Shown: positions 50,190 through 62,995 of the stretch, one piece after another | How the letters are laid out: every line of letters starts with the position of its first letter | Numbering within the stretch: position 1 is the first letter of the stretch | NCBI GenBank assembly: GCA_040285855.1 | Contig: JAUFOQ010000013.1 | Coordinates: 2,046,001-2,110,000, forward strand | From: Eukaryota sp. GEM-RC1 | Taxonomy: Eukaryota | DNA: 64,000 nucleotides | Direction of reading: 5' to 3' | The notes under the pieces: generated by a model | Database searches by the model: none | Seen by the model: the letters and a program-made list of their open reading frames with translations, nothing else | Told to the model about the DNA's origin: nothing | Made by a program: the position numbers and the translations under genes

Positions 50190-50886
50190 TGGGTTTCAGA
50201 GTTACAGGTTCAAGTCTCTACAAGTGCAGCTTGATTTGAGAATTCAAACTTCCTGACTCAATGCCCAATATTACATGTCAACCTTGTTACTTGCCGCATG
50301 AAACTACTTATGACTAGATAACAACCATCTTGGGTTCTTACGTGGTCAGCCACTTATTCTATTTCCTTTGTGTGTAGTCCCGAGTTATCGAAGCTCTGTG
50401 TATAGCAGACATGTGTGATCGTCTTATTAGGTAAACGTATGTATATTCTCAATAAATAGCCAGTGCTGAAAGTTTCATCATCTCACACCATCTTACATGT
50501 ATCATATGAAGAACAGTGATTCATGAACTGAACATGGGCACTGTTCACCCACGTAAATAACGAGAACAAAGTCATGAGTCATGAGTGGTCATGTTATGTT
50601 CAACTCGGATGTGGGTATATTCTGTAGAACGAAGATCTGTTTATTGTTTAACCCAAGATCGTCGAAAGTGTCGATCCTTGCTCTTGTCTGAAGTTCCTAG
50701 TTAATTCGTAAACCGGAAGTCTTATCATCCCTTAAGAGAGAACCGTGGTTGATCGATAGAAGCTGTTGAGTGTCTCTGACTAACAGATTCTCCCCGCATA
50801 TGCACTGCATGAAGATCTAACTAAAGGTAGATACAAAGATACAAAATGTGACGTCCGTGACGCAACAAGCATAGAACATGTGCAGA

Positions 50887-53280
50887 CAGGGATGTTCAAA
50901 AAATAATTGCGTTCTGCAATTATTGCAATAATGTATTGCAACATGATGGAGTATTGCAATTATATATTGCATAATTTTGTCTACCTTAGAGCAAATAAAC
51001 TAACATATCAATTCAATAAAAATGCAAATATTTCCTTTATAAACAGAACAAAATGACAAATTGTTAAGAAAAATCAATAGAAGACAGTCTTATGCCATTT
51101 TGAACCGTCAACAAGCTCAATCTTTTGTCCAGTCACCATTTCTTTCACAGTGTTCATATTCCAATAACTTCGATTGATTGACAAGTAGCGGAGCCTCAAG
51201 CCCTTTGTGATAATTCTTTTGCTATTCTAACACGACTTTGCCTTTTGTTCGGAAGTAAAAGGGGGCATATGGTAACTGCTGAGCACAAAAGTGCCCAGAG
51301 AAAGAGTAGAACAGTGTTGGGGGTAAGAAAATTGGCGGGACTATTTTTCTACTTCCACAACTGTCCATTGTTGAATTTTCAGTATTGGAATAATGTATTG
51401 TAGAATCATTGTGTATTGCAATAATGTATTGCAGAATCATTGTGTATTGCAATAGTGTATTGTGAATTAAGTATTAGTAAAAAAAACGGGGTTTATGATC
51501 AGTCAGTGAAATAAATGCATTCGCAGAAGTTAATAACTAACAGACACTAACTAAAGTATCTAAACTATGATCCTTCTGTCCATCACCGAACAACTTACCT
51601 AAAATTGAATTAAAATATCTGTGCATTGAACGAAACAACGCAAACGTTAACCTACTCAACCAAAAATTTTTATTGAAAACTTTACCATACTCAGAACACA
51701 ATTTACCAAAGGAGGTTAAAAAACCTTGTGCAGCTGGTCCAATATTACCGTATATCGACATCGCAAAAGGTTGAAACACAAAAGAATTGTACCTGTCAAC
51801 ATTCAATTGGTTAATTAAGTGACAGTACTTTGTATTTTTTCCTTTTTCAGCCACTTCAAGAGCCGAAAAATCATCATCAAAAATTTGTGAAATTGATCTT
51901 GAATTACAAGGATCAACAGTCGTGAAATCCATGATAATTTCCTGACAAGATAACCAAGGACCAATCAAATCACCACGACTTCTATCAACTTTTGGCTGAT
52001 CAGAAAGATTAGCAAGTAAAGGTTCAATTTTTCCATGAAAACCATTAGCCTTAAACATATCCAAACATGTATCCCGGATATTGTTGTGAATTATTGATCG
52101 AAAATGAATAAATTGATGACAGTTAACTAAATGATGAAAATTTGAAGCCTTTGAACGACCACAAAGACATGGAGAATGCTTCAAGAGACCTGAAGGCCAT
52201 AAACCTAACCTAAGTCTCATGTTTATAAGCCATTCATGATCCTTAAGATTAAAATTAAATTTTCTTGGCAAACGAGAAACAAAAGAAGACGCAGCGCTTG
52301 AAGAAATATCATTCAAAAAAGCACAAAAAGCGGGACTCTTAGTCTTAGCCAAGCTAATACGGTTTTTAAAGTCCAAGCTTTCGTGAAACAAAACAAACTT
52401 CTTCTGTAACTTGCGAACACACAAAGGCAAAGAGAAAATGCTTCTCTGCTGAATTTCTGTTACCCCAACAGGAAATAAATCTGACCACAAATTTGAGTCA
52501 AGACTATCAATTAAATTTTGAAGACTAATTAACCATGCACAAGGTGAGTGAAGTAAAAAATCTTTCGTTTTCCATAACACAGGATAACGATTCTGAAATT
52601 CAAACAAAAAATTCTTTAAAGACCCCAAAAAGGCACCCTCGCGCATGTACTTAGCTTTCGTGAAACCAATACCACCAAAAAGAAGTAGAAGTGAAACAAT
52701 GAGAAGGAAGTGAAGAGTCTTTGTTACCAACCAGATAACTAACAAAATTTGTGCGCAATGAATTAAAATTACGAGATAATTCGAGAGTTAGTTCATGCGG
52801 TAAACCACGTAAAAAGTGATTAATTTTACCACCAAAACAAACTTGCAGCATAGCAAAAGAAACTTGTTTGCCTACATCTAGATCAACGATCTGGTTAAGC
52901 TGCTGAAAGATACAATTATTCTTATGTGATAAAGTCTCCTTAATTTTGCCATCATTACCAATATAATTGCCCAAAAACTTGACACATTCATCTGAATAAT
53001 TGACAAACGGAATGGAAGATTCCCCAAAATTCAAATCAACTGAAGAACGTCCAATGACAAGACATTTTTGAAAATTAATTGACAAACCAATACTTGAAGA
53101 CAATTCAACAAAACGAGGAAAACTCGATTTAATGACTTCCAAAGGGCCAACCAAAGAGGTATCATCAGCATACGAGTTCAACCTTAAATCTGGGAATTCG
53201 CTTGAGAATTTGCGAAGAATTCTTTGCAACGGCAAAAGTATTAGTTACAATATATTGCAATATATTTTTGAACATCCCTG
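50887..53280. mobile_element. Non-autonomous hAT-type element with a nested retrotransposon
   Basis: TIRs cagggatgttcaaaaa / tttttgaacatccctg; 8-bp TSD TGTGCAGA; tgtattgca subterminal repeats. Confidence 0.92.
51479..53235 (-). mobile_element. 5'-truncated CRE-like RLE retrotransposon, family D, T8 tail
   Basis: 'NSYADD', 'CLCG..HHLVNC..IHNNIRD..SRGD..DFTTVDP..AEKGKNTKY'; 10-bp TSD AAGTATTAGT (51469-51478, 53236-53245). Confidence 0.93.
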
Positions 53281-53352
53281 TGTGCAGAGTTCAAATTCAC
53301 TTCGTGCCACATACACTGTCTTCACTTTTCCGCTGTACTTTGGTGAATCCTC

Positions 53353-56295
53353 ATGACAATTTTTATCAGTCTTGACCATCATATTTCAGCCTCTGTACTC
53401 AATGACAAAGGTGCATGTGTTTCGCTGTTAAATGGAGATTCTGAGTTGTATGCTACCAATTTTGTCTCACTTAAGTTCTGCAGTTTCTTTCGTAACAAAA
53501 CCCCCTCTTCTCTTTGATGATGCCCTAAACCATGCTACACCAGTTGAAGAAGCAACTTTTTACCACTTTCTAACTCACCTCGGTGCTACATCTGAACAAG
53601 AACCCGGTCATGAGCCTCTACTGCACCCTCCGTATTCCTATGATTCCTCCTCCAATCTTGTCTATACCTACATGAATGAGACATTCCACCCAACCACTCT
53701 CCTTTCAATGATCTTCTCTGAAATCAAATCTCGCTCAGCCAGACTCACCAAGTCTTCTGATGTTATCATTTCCACCCCCTCCTATCTTACTCAACATCAA
53801 CGGAATCTTGTCTACTCGGTTGCTCTCAATGTTGGTTTTAACCCCACGGTGGTACCCCCCTTCCTCCCCGTTCTATCTGCCTTCATTGCTCGTGCTAAAC
53901 CTGACTCTTGTAGAATTGGGGTGGTTGATGTAGGTTATGAACAACTGTCGCTCCACTGCTTTAACTACAACCCCTCTGCCACGTCACCAACTGCCACGTC
54001 ACCCCTGTTCTTTGAAGATTCTGTTGTGTCCAGTGAAGTTTCAGTTTCTTTACTGGACCAAGATCTTTTGACTAGTCTTCCTCAACTTTCAGCTTTGAGT
54101 TTAGCTGGAATTTTAAAAGAATAACTTCAGAAAGATCTGCTTCAAGAAACTCTCATGGTGATTGCAGTCTTTGTGAAGGGTTAAAAACTGTCTGTGATGA
54201 ATTTTTCACAAAGAACCCAATTGATTTCCTGTTTATTCAGTCTGCTGCACAGTGTTTTGTTAAAGAGATTCGTGAGCACTTTTCAACCACGGTTATTATT
54301 GATAACATGATCACTCAGATAGACCAATCAATCATTTCTGATTGGAAAGTTGATTGTGACCAGATTGACTGTATGTATGGTTCGAATGTAAAACAAGTTG
54401 TTGAACAACAAATCGATGAACCTATTGACCAAGAAGTTGTTGAAGAACCAATTGAACAACAGACAGATGTTGTTGAACAAATCGATGAACCTATTGACCA
54501 AGAAGTTGTTGCAGAACCAATTGAACAACAGGCAGATGTTGTTGAACAAATCGATGAACCTATTGACCAAGAAGTTGTTGCAGAACCAATTGAACAACAG
54601 GCAGATGTTGTTGAACAAATCGATGAACCTATTGACCAAGAAGTTGTTGAAGAACCAATTGAACAACAGGCAGATGTTGTTGAACAAATCGATGAACCTA
54701 TTGACCAAGAAGTTGTTGAAGAACCAATTGAACAACAGGCAGATGTTGTTGAACAAATCGATGAACCTATTGACCAAGAAGTTGTTGAAGAACCAATTGA
54801 ACAACAGGCAGATGTTGTTGAACAAATCGATGAACCTATTGACCAAGAAGTTGTTGAAGAACCAATTGAACAACAGGCAGATGTTGTTGAACAAATCGAT
54901 GAACCTATTGACCAAGAAGTTGTTGAAGAACCAATTGAACAACATGCAGATGTTGTTGAACAAATCGATGAACCTATTGACCAAGAAGTTGTTGAAGAAC
55001 CAATTGAACAACAAGCAGATGTTGTTGAACAAATCGATGAACCTATTGTCCAAGAAGTTGTTGAAGAACCAATTGAACAACAAGCAGATGTTGTTGAACA
55101 AATCGATGAACCTATTGACCAAGAAGTTGTTGAAGAACCAATTGAACAACAAGCAGATGTTGTTGAACAAATCGATGAACCTATTGACCAAGAAGTTGTT
55201 GAAGAACCAATTGAACAACAAGCAGATGTTGTTGAACAAATCGATGAACCTATTGACCAAGAAGTTGTTGAAGAACCAATTGAACAACAGGCAGATGTTG
55301 TTGAACAAATCGATGAACCTATTGACGAAGAAGTTGTTGAAGAACCAATTGAACAACAGGCAGATGTTGTTGAACAAATCGATGAACCTATTGACGAAGA
55401 AGTTGTTGAAGAACCAATTGACCAAGATGATGACGTTCACAGCTACCGTCCTGTGTTTGAAACTGACAATGAACTTTCTCCTTCTTTCTCAAGAATCACT
55501 GAGACTTACTACACACCAAAGTCATCAATGTTTTCATCGTCTCACTCAGAATTGGTTAAAGCAACTCTCTCAAAGGTATCTGAATGTCTCGAAAAATCCC
55601 CTAGTGCCAACTTTTCCCCTTCACCAACCCTACGAGAAGTCTATGAAGCCTTTAAAGTACCAGCAGTGAGTCCTTCTAATTCTCCAAGGGGAACGTCACC
55701 AAGAGTAACGTCACCTGCAATTGGAGGTCAAGTATTTGAGAGGTTGACTCGTTCGCAATCTCCAAGAAGTCTTCGGAATTCCATGAACTCACCCGAACGA
55801 TCTTCACCAGTTAACAGTTTTAATCAATCATCACCCAGTCAAAAACGACCTACCAGTCAGAAACCACGACCAGTGTCTAATGACGAAGTAAACATTGGTA
55901 AAGAATACGATAATTATGATCATGATACTCTTTACAATATGGCTTGTGAAATTGAGAAATCTGGTAACTACAACAAAGCCTTTGGATTCTATCTCAAGTC
56001 AGCAGAGTTTGGCAATCCTAAAGCTTGCTTCATGGTGGCCCTTTATTATGCTGGTCTACATGGCAAGAGTGAAAACCATCATCGCTGCAAGGTCTTTGTC
56101 AATAAGGCGGCAGAACTTGGATCTAAACTTGCTACTGTTATCTTAGATGTTGTTGCAAATAGAAAAGATGAATTGGAAATTTCTAGGAAAAATAAGGGCT
56201 TATTAATTCATGCGAAGAAAGTTTCTAGACAAATGTCCTTTCATTATGAAGATATTGTACAAAATGTATTAAAAATTAGTAGAATAAGAAGATAA
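53353..56295 (+). CDS. Degenerate Hsp70/Hsp110-like nucleotide-binding domain + acidic tandem repeat + Ser/Pro region + Sel1-like repeats
   Basis: ATG 53353, intron 53448-53475; 'TFHPTTLLSMIFSEIK..DVIISTPSYLTQHQR..VGF..IGVVDVG'. One added A at about 54117 joins ORF 54307-56295; 'AFGFYLKSAEFGNPKACF'. Confidence 0.7.
54397..55430 (+). repeat. Coding tandem repeat, 69 bp x about 15 (EQIDEPIDQEVVEEPIEQQADVV)
   Basis: aatcgatgaa recurs every 69 nt from 54411 to 55377. Confidence 0.97.
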
Positions 56296-56380
56296 ATTCT
56301 GAAATAAATATTGTTTTAAATTTTTCAAAAAACAACATTATTTTTATTGTCAATCATACATACTACCATTTGTCATCATT

Positions 56381-59300
56381 TTTTTCCTGATCCATGGTTT
56401 CAATTTTGTCAAAACCTGCCAAGCCTCCTCCTAAAAAGGCAGGCTTCCGTCGTTTACCTAGAAAGTGTAGTGTTTGCTCGTCAACATGTCACGATAAGCG
56501 AAACTGCCCTGCTCGAAAAAACATGGATGATAGAGCTCTTTCTTTGTCTAAGTCACATGAGCATCTGCTTGCTTCCGATGTTCCGCTCTTTGATGCTACT
56601 TCTACTGATTCTCCCTTCTTACTTTCTTCTGGTGTTTCTGCTCCCATTTGTCCTTTTTGTCGGTCTAATGCTCTGGGGAAAAATTCTGCTGGTAGACCTC
56701 TGCTATGGTGTGTCTTGTACTCCTTCTGACCCTGTTCGTCCTCCTTTGCCAATTCCTCTATCCATTCATCCCTCTGTGGGTTCTTCTTTAGTTTCTGCTG
56801 TGAGAGCAATTACTTATCCTTTACGTAAGGGCTCGTGGAATCCCTCTCCTCTTTGGCGTTACTTTCTTTCCCGAGCAAAGAAAGTCAGAAACAAGTCTGT
56901 TTCCTCGTCATCTAATTCGGATAAAACCAAACGTAGTCTCTTCAGATCTCTTGTTTTTAGGGGCCAGTTCTCTTCGGCTTTATCTGTTTTGGATGGAACC
57001 TCCATTGCTGAGAACAGTATTGATACTGTTCACAAACTTGAACTGTTGCATCCTCTTGAAGAACCTTTAAACTATTCAAGTAATACTTCCAATTATTGGA
57101 TTGATTCACCCATAAGCTCTGAGGAAGTTTTACTTGCAATTCATAAATCAAGTTCTGGAAAAGCAGTTGGTCCTTCTGGTCTTAGCTTCGACCATTTAAA
57201 GTTATGTGTCAATCATTGCTCTGAAATTGCTGATGATTTAGCTGTTTTTTTCAATCTTGTATTGTTGAATCCAGCAAAATGTCCTGATGATTTAAAGACT
57301 AGTCGGTTAGTTGCTTTAGATAAGCCAGGTGGTTGCGTTAGACCAATCGCTATTGGTGAATGTATTTCAAGAGTATTAGCATCGATCTGTTTTGGTAGAA
57401 TCAAATCGAAGGCGATTGAATTCTTGCGACCATTTCAATATGGAATTGGAATTGTGAATGGCACTAATTGTGCTTGTCTAACAACTGATCTATTTTTGAA
57501 TGATGATGTTGATAATTTTGTGTTAAACGTTGATTACAAGAATGCTTTTAATTGTGTTTTTAGATCTGCAATTTATGATCAACTGGTGGAGCATTTTCCT
57601 GAACTTGTTCCATATTTTGAAGCATTTTATGGAAGTCCTACTGATTTGATTTTTAACGAATTTTGTTAGAAATCGTCTCGTGGTGTGAAGCAAGGTGATC
57701 CTCTTGGCCCTTTTTCTTTTTTGTTTGCCCTTGTAGAAAGTGTTACGAGTTTTCCACAGTGAGTTTCCAGGTATAATGATTAATTCTTATGCTGATGATA
57801 CTTCTTTGGTTGGCAAAATGCATACTTTGAAACCAAGTTTTGCTCGATTTGTTGATCTTTCTGGTCAAATTGGTTTGACAATCAATTTGAGCAAATGTGT
57901 TGTTATTGGTCGTGTGGATTACACTGTTTTGCATGAAGGTGTTGCTATTCCGTTTATTAATTATTCTTCTGATTGTATCAAGTTTCTTGGAAACTTTATT
58001 GGCAATTCCTCTCAAATTGTGAGTAGGCTGGAGAACAAGATTGATTCGCTTGATCAAAAGTTGAGAAATGTGTTAGATTTGAATGTAGGTAAACAAGTAT
58101 CATTTGCCACTTTGCAAGTTTGTTTTGCAGGTAAAGTCAATCATTTTTTACGTGGTTTACCTCCTGAGCTTACGGTAGATCTTTCTCGTCGTTTTAACGC
58201 TCTGAGAACAGAGTTTTTGTCAGAGCTGGTAGAGTCGAAAAAGCTTTCCATTCATCGTCATTCATTTGCTGCTGTGAGATTTGGTGGAATTGGTTTTCCA
58301 AAGCTCGTTATATGCGTGAAGGTGCCTTTTTAGGATGCTTGAAGAATCTTCTGTATGAATTTAAGTTACGTTATCCCTTACTTTGGTATAATGAAGATCT
58401 CATTCGATATTCGCCTTGTCAATGGCTTATATCACTTCAAAATCTTGTAGATGGTATGAACCCTGATGTTTGGGAATCCTTGTTCCCTGCATCTGTGACG
58501 GAAACACCTCAACGTACGCTTTTTTCCCTTCCTCTTGGTGTTAGAAAATTTCAGAAGAAATTTGTATCTTTTCCTGAGAGCTTGGACTATACTAACTGCA
58601 TTAGCTTGGCTAAAGTTAAAAGTCCCGCTTTCTGTGCATTTTTACAAGACATGACTAGTGATTCAGCATCTACTTTCATTACTCAATTGCCAGGGAGATT
58701 TATTTTTAATCTAAAAGATCATGAATGGCTTGTTAACATGAGACTTCGTTTAGGTTTTTGGCCATTTGGTTTGTTACAGAACAGCACGTGTATCTGCAAA
58801 AACAAACATAAGGCTAGCTTTCATCATTTGGTCAATTGTTCAAAGTTCATATATTGTCGTTCAATTTTGCACAACAGTCTTCGAGATACATGTTTGGAAA
58901 TGTTTAAGGCGAATGGTTTCCATGGCAAAGTCGAACCATTACTTTCTCATCTTTCAGATCACCCTGATTCTACTCAGAAACGTGGTGATTTTATTGGCCC
59001 TTGGTTGTCATGCTAAGAAATTGTTGTTGATTTTACGACTGTTGATCCTTGCAAAGCTTCAGCTATTGCCAACATTTTGAATACCTCAAATGATCCACTG
59101 AAAGACGCTGAGAACGCCAAAGTGTCTAAGTACGGACATCAAGTTGCTGCATTGAATTCACGAAGACACAATAATATCGTCTTTCAGCCTTTTGCAGTTT
59201 CATTGTACGGAAATTTCGGTTCTTCTACCAAGGAGTTGTTTAGTTTATTTGAAAAATTGTGTTCAGAATTTGGCAAGAAGTTTAACAGATCGTACTGGAA

Positions 59301-59487
59301 GAGTAAATTTGCTTTTTCGATTTTTAGGTCTATGTATAGATATGTTGATTCCATTTTGTCCAAGTTGTTTGGAGGCAACTACTTTTCGGAATTAGGTAGT
59401 TCGTTTTATAATTTGTTTTAATAGTGTTTATTTATTTGTACTTATCTTATTATGTGTTTTTCTCCGCACATAAATCCGTTTTTTTTT
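56381..59487 (+). mobile_element. Full-length compact CRE-like non-LTR retrotransposon (zinc knuckle-RT-RLE), family E, T9 tail; ORF disrupted
   Basis: ATG 56394; CX2CX4HX4C knuckle; RT 'GPSGL..VRPIAIGE..FQYGIG..DYKNAFN..GVKQGDPLGP..YADD'; RLE 'HNSLRD..RGD..DFTTVD..AENAKVSKY'; TSD (TTT)GTCATCATT at 56372-56380 and 59488-59496. Confidence 0.95.
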
Positions 59488-60685
59488 GTCATCATTAAAA
59501 CAACACCCATTACTATCAAATCTTACCACGACTGTATCATCATAAAAGGAACTCACAACTAGTAAAGCTTTGGTGATGATTAGAGTAATTTTTTGAAATC
59601 ATTTTAACAGTTTCAATGCACTTTTTCCTAAACGATCGTAGATTGGAAACAGCAAAAGGGCATAATTCGTATTCAACATGTTACATGATTTAGTGCATTC
59701 AATGGTTTATTGTACTTTTCCTGTTTAGCTTTTTCAGGAAATAATGTCTAAAGGAGAAGTGACAGAGTAAGCATTCTTTAAGGACGTCCTTTTACAAACA
59801 TCCACTGACACTACATCAACAACATACAATTTGTCTGTAGAAGAAAGGACAACAACATCTGCTCGCCGTTTACCAAAAACGATTGTTACATTTGTAGAGC
59901 TAATAGACAGGTAAAATTCTTTTGTGTTTCAACCGTCTGCAATGTTGTTATAAGGTAATGTTGGACCAGCTACACAAGTGTTTTTTTTGACTCAATTTAA
60001 ACAATTATGTTCTGAGTATGGTAAAGTTTTGGATGAAAATTGTTGCTTGAGTAGGTTAACATTTGCACTGTTGCGTTCCATGCACAGAACATGACTTCAT
60101 TCGGTACCCAATAAGGTAACCTTCCTACAAAACTAAGCAATTGAAAAAACAAACAATTAATACTAAGAATAAATACAAACGTCTTCATCACCACCCGGTA
60201 AAAGATTACGTTTTTCAACATTAACCTTCACACCAAACTTGTACAATTTCTCAATTAATCGAGAGAAATAGAAAAGCATATTCCGATATATGGAAAACAC
60301 TACACTATGCACATTTATTTTAATTCGATTTCAGGTAAGTTGTTCAGAAAGATCATAGTTCAGATACTTTAGTTTGTGCATTTAAGTTATTATTTTTGCA
60401 AAAGGAATTATTTCGCTGATTGATCATAAACCCCGATCTTCAATTAGAGGTGGTTCAACAAAAGACTGAATTTGGTAGGACTTATGCATGTCATATATTT
60501 GGAGTGTAACAGCATCATGCATACAAGTTCGATAAGTTATGTAGCGGTTACAACTTAACAAATGAGAAAAGTACAATTGTTTTCCATTGGAACATTGAAG
60601 ATCATTTAGGAAATTGTATGGCCATAAATAGCAACGAAGTCTCATTGTAGTGGTCCATTGATGACCATTTAACAGTAGACCATGT
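59488..60685. mobile_element. Mosaic of short retrotransposon fragments (families B, C, D) in both orientations
   Basis: 59490-59880 and 60440-60685 match 22880-23620 in reverse; 60090-60300 matches the family C end in reverse; 60330-60435 is a family D end. Confidence 0.8.
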
Positions 60686-60758
60686 TGAATTCAGTATGTA
60701 AATTTAATACAAGAACATGATTTATTTTACAAAACAAATTAGTGAACCATTACTACAT

Positions 60759-62562
60759 TCAATCACATTCAATCAATTGAGAACTTAAAATGGAAACAGC
60801 GTCAGAAAACGTGATCACCGTAGACTTCGAAAGACCTTCTACTTCGGGAACATAACTATCTGTAATAGAAGCAATTAAATTTTCAAATTGAGGAAAAGTC
60901 AAAACACCATCGGAATCATCATCCAAATTGTTGAAAATTTCACGGAAATTTGAAAGAAATAGCATATGTGCATCTAGTTGATAATCCAACAAATACTTGA
61001 TAAATTGAGAAAATTTCATATTTTCAGATCCATATTGTTTTAAATTTTGAACAATTTTCATGGCATCTGAACTAGAGTACATGTGAGTCACAATCTCAAC
61101 CCATTCACTTTCAGGAAGACTTCCATTGACTTTCTTGTTGACTCTTGAAGACAACTCAACACCTGAAACGAGAGGAAATTTGGCCTTCAAGCAAGCTTTT
61201 AATAATTCCGTAACCGTAACCTTGAGTTGTTTTTGAACTAATCTAAACTCTTCATCAATACAATTATTTAAAATTTTGTCAAAAACTGCAACATCATTAT
61301 CAGCATCTCTATACTTTTCAATTCCCAAGTACATAGCTTTAATCCAATCACGAATTAGTGATTTTAGACCGTATTTGTGAGTGAAAAACGTAAGCAGGAA
61401 CTGCTTCATGGTTTCCCCTGGCAACTCCTTGATCACGACACTTTTCATCAAATTTAACCTTTGAAGTGTAAATTTCGTCAATGGTTTCGACTAATTGCTT
61501 CAGGGAAAGAGTTTTAGGATGACGTTTCTGCTCAGAAACAGAAGGACTATGATTGTGAGATTTTAGACCGTCACGTCTTTCTGGTCTTTTGGCCTCGTGA
61601 TCTTTATAACCAGACAATTCTAATTTGGCAAGTCTATTCAACAAGCGTTCATTCTCTTGTTGCAAAAAGCCAACATCTTCCATCAATTTCCGGTTGACAC
61701 CTTCCGGATCCTGAGATTCATCATAATAATCAGTAATATTTGATTGCAATCGACTTGCTTCTCCTTCCTTCTCCTTAATCAGAGTCTTTAGGGAATCAAT
61801 ATAATTCTGAATAGTATCAAATGATTGGAAATGATACTGAGCAGCACCTAAAAGCAACTGACAAAGATTAAAGAGATCAGTTTCTGATTGTGATTGGGGG
61901 TTAGAGTACTTATCAGCAAAGATCTGACCAAAATGAATGAGTTTTGACAGAGAAGAGGAAAGATCTGAAAGACAAGGGGATGGGGTGGACAGAGAGTGGA
62001 GGTACTCCTCGTAAAGCTTGGCAATGGATGTGTCCGTGTCATCGTTCAATGAAGCAAGCACATGAGGTGAGGATAGGAGAGATTCGCAAATGGAGGAAGG
62101 AACTTTGGGAGAGGCGAGAGCGAGAGGAAGAACATCGGGAGGAGACGATTCAAGATCATCTGAAGGTGGGGTAGTATAAGGAGAGTGAGAAGTAGGGATG
62201 ACTTGATGTTCGGGAGGAATGGAATCATCAAGCCAGATTCCATTGAGGGAAATGAGGTTGTCAAGTTGGAGAGCAACGACTTCTTCATCAGAGGGGTTTT
62301 CAAAGCGAATGAAAAGATGTTTGAGGGAGGGAAGTGATTGCAGTCCATGAATGACATCGTCTGCGGAGGGAAACTTGTTGTTTGACAGATCTAGAGTTTC
62401 GAGATGTTGGAGGGCGGACATGTCTTCAGGAAGGGACTTGAATCTGTTTTGATAAAGATGAAGATATGTCAGATTAGGTAGAACACTCAACTGAGGTATA
62501 ATGGGTGCCATATCGGTCAAGCCCGAACACTCGAGGTGAAGAGGACCAGTGTCAACTGTCAT
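60759..62562 (-). CDS. LRR + coiled-coil + TSNAXIP1-like C-terminal region with EF-hand-like motif
   Basis: LRRs 'LTYLHLYQNRF..LETLDLSNNKF'; 'LSLKQL..IDEIYTSK..ETMKQFL..KYGLKSL..DVAVFDKIL..IDEEF'; 'LDDDSDGVLTFPQF'; one homopolymer frameshift near 61415. Confidence 0.65.
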
Positions 62563-62995
62563 GTGTGGAAAAAATGATTCCAGGCTGGTTCAACTTTCTA
62601 CATTGAACTACTGTAATACTAGCTACTGGAGAACTTATAGCTTCACGGGTCGTCATGAGTCACTGATAATGTAAAGTCATCTTTTTAAATCAAATATTTG
62701 CCAGGCTGGAGACTGCCTTGCAACCTACACCTATTCAGGACTTTAATGCTAACAACAGAGGGAACTCGTACATTTGCTGATCATTGTATTCAATATTAAA
62801 CGGAATGAAAATATCCAACCACAAAATATTTGTTTCAGAATAACTCAAGTTATCCTAAGTTAACTTAATATATGTTTCAGTAATTCGTCTCAACAATGTA
62901 GTATTGTTTCCTTTCAAAGTTGTTCTGAAAGTTCACTGGACGGAATTCAAGAAAAAATTGAAATAGACAATTTGGGCAAGAAAATTTTCAGTATC

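Noticed and set aside
54328..55669. Long antisense and alternative-frame ORFs over the 69-bp repeat; CRISPR-like appearance
   Set aside because: Shadow frames of a stop-free coding tandem repeat; there are no unique spacers.
59014..59016. TAA/TAG reassigned to Gln (TAA aligns with Gln of family D)
   Set aside because: In-frame stops occur only in decayed elements or pseudogenes, and intact genes (BI-1, maspardin, homeobox, UBE2Q) end in TAA at the expected C-termini.
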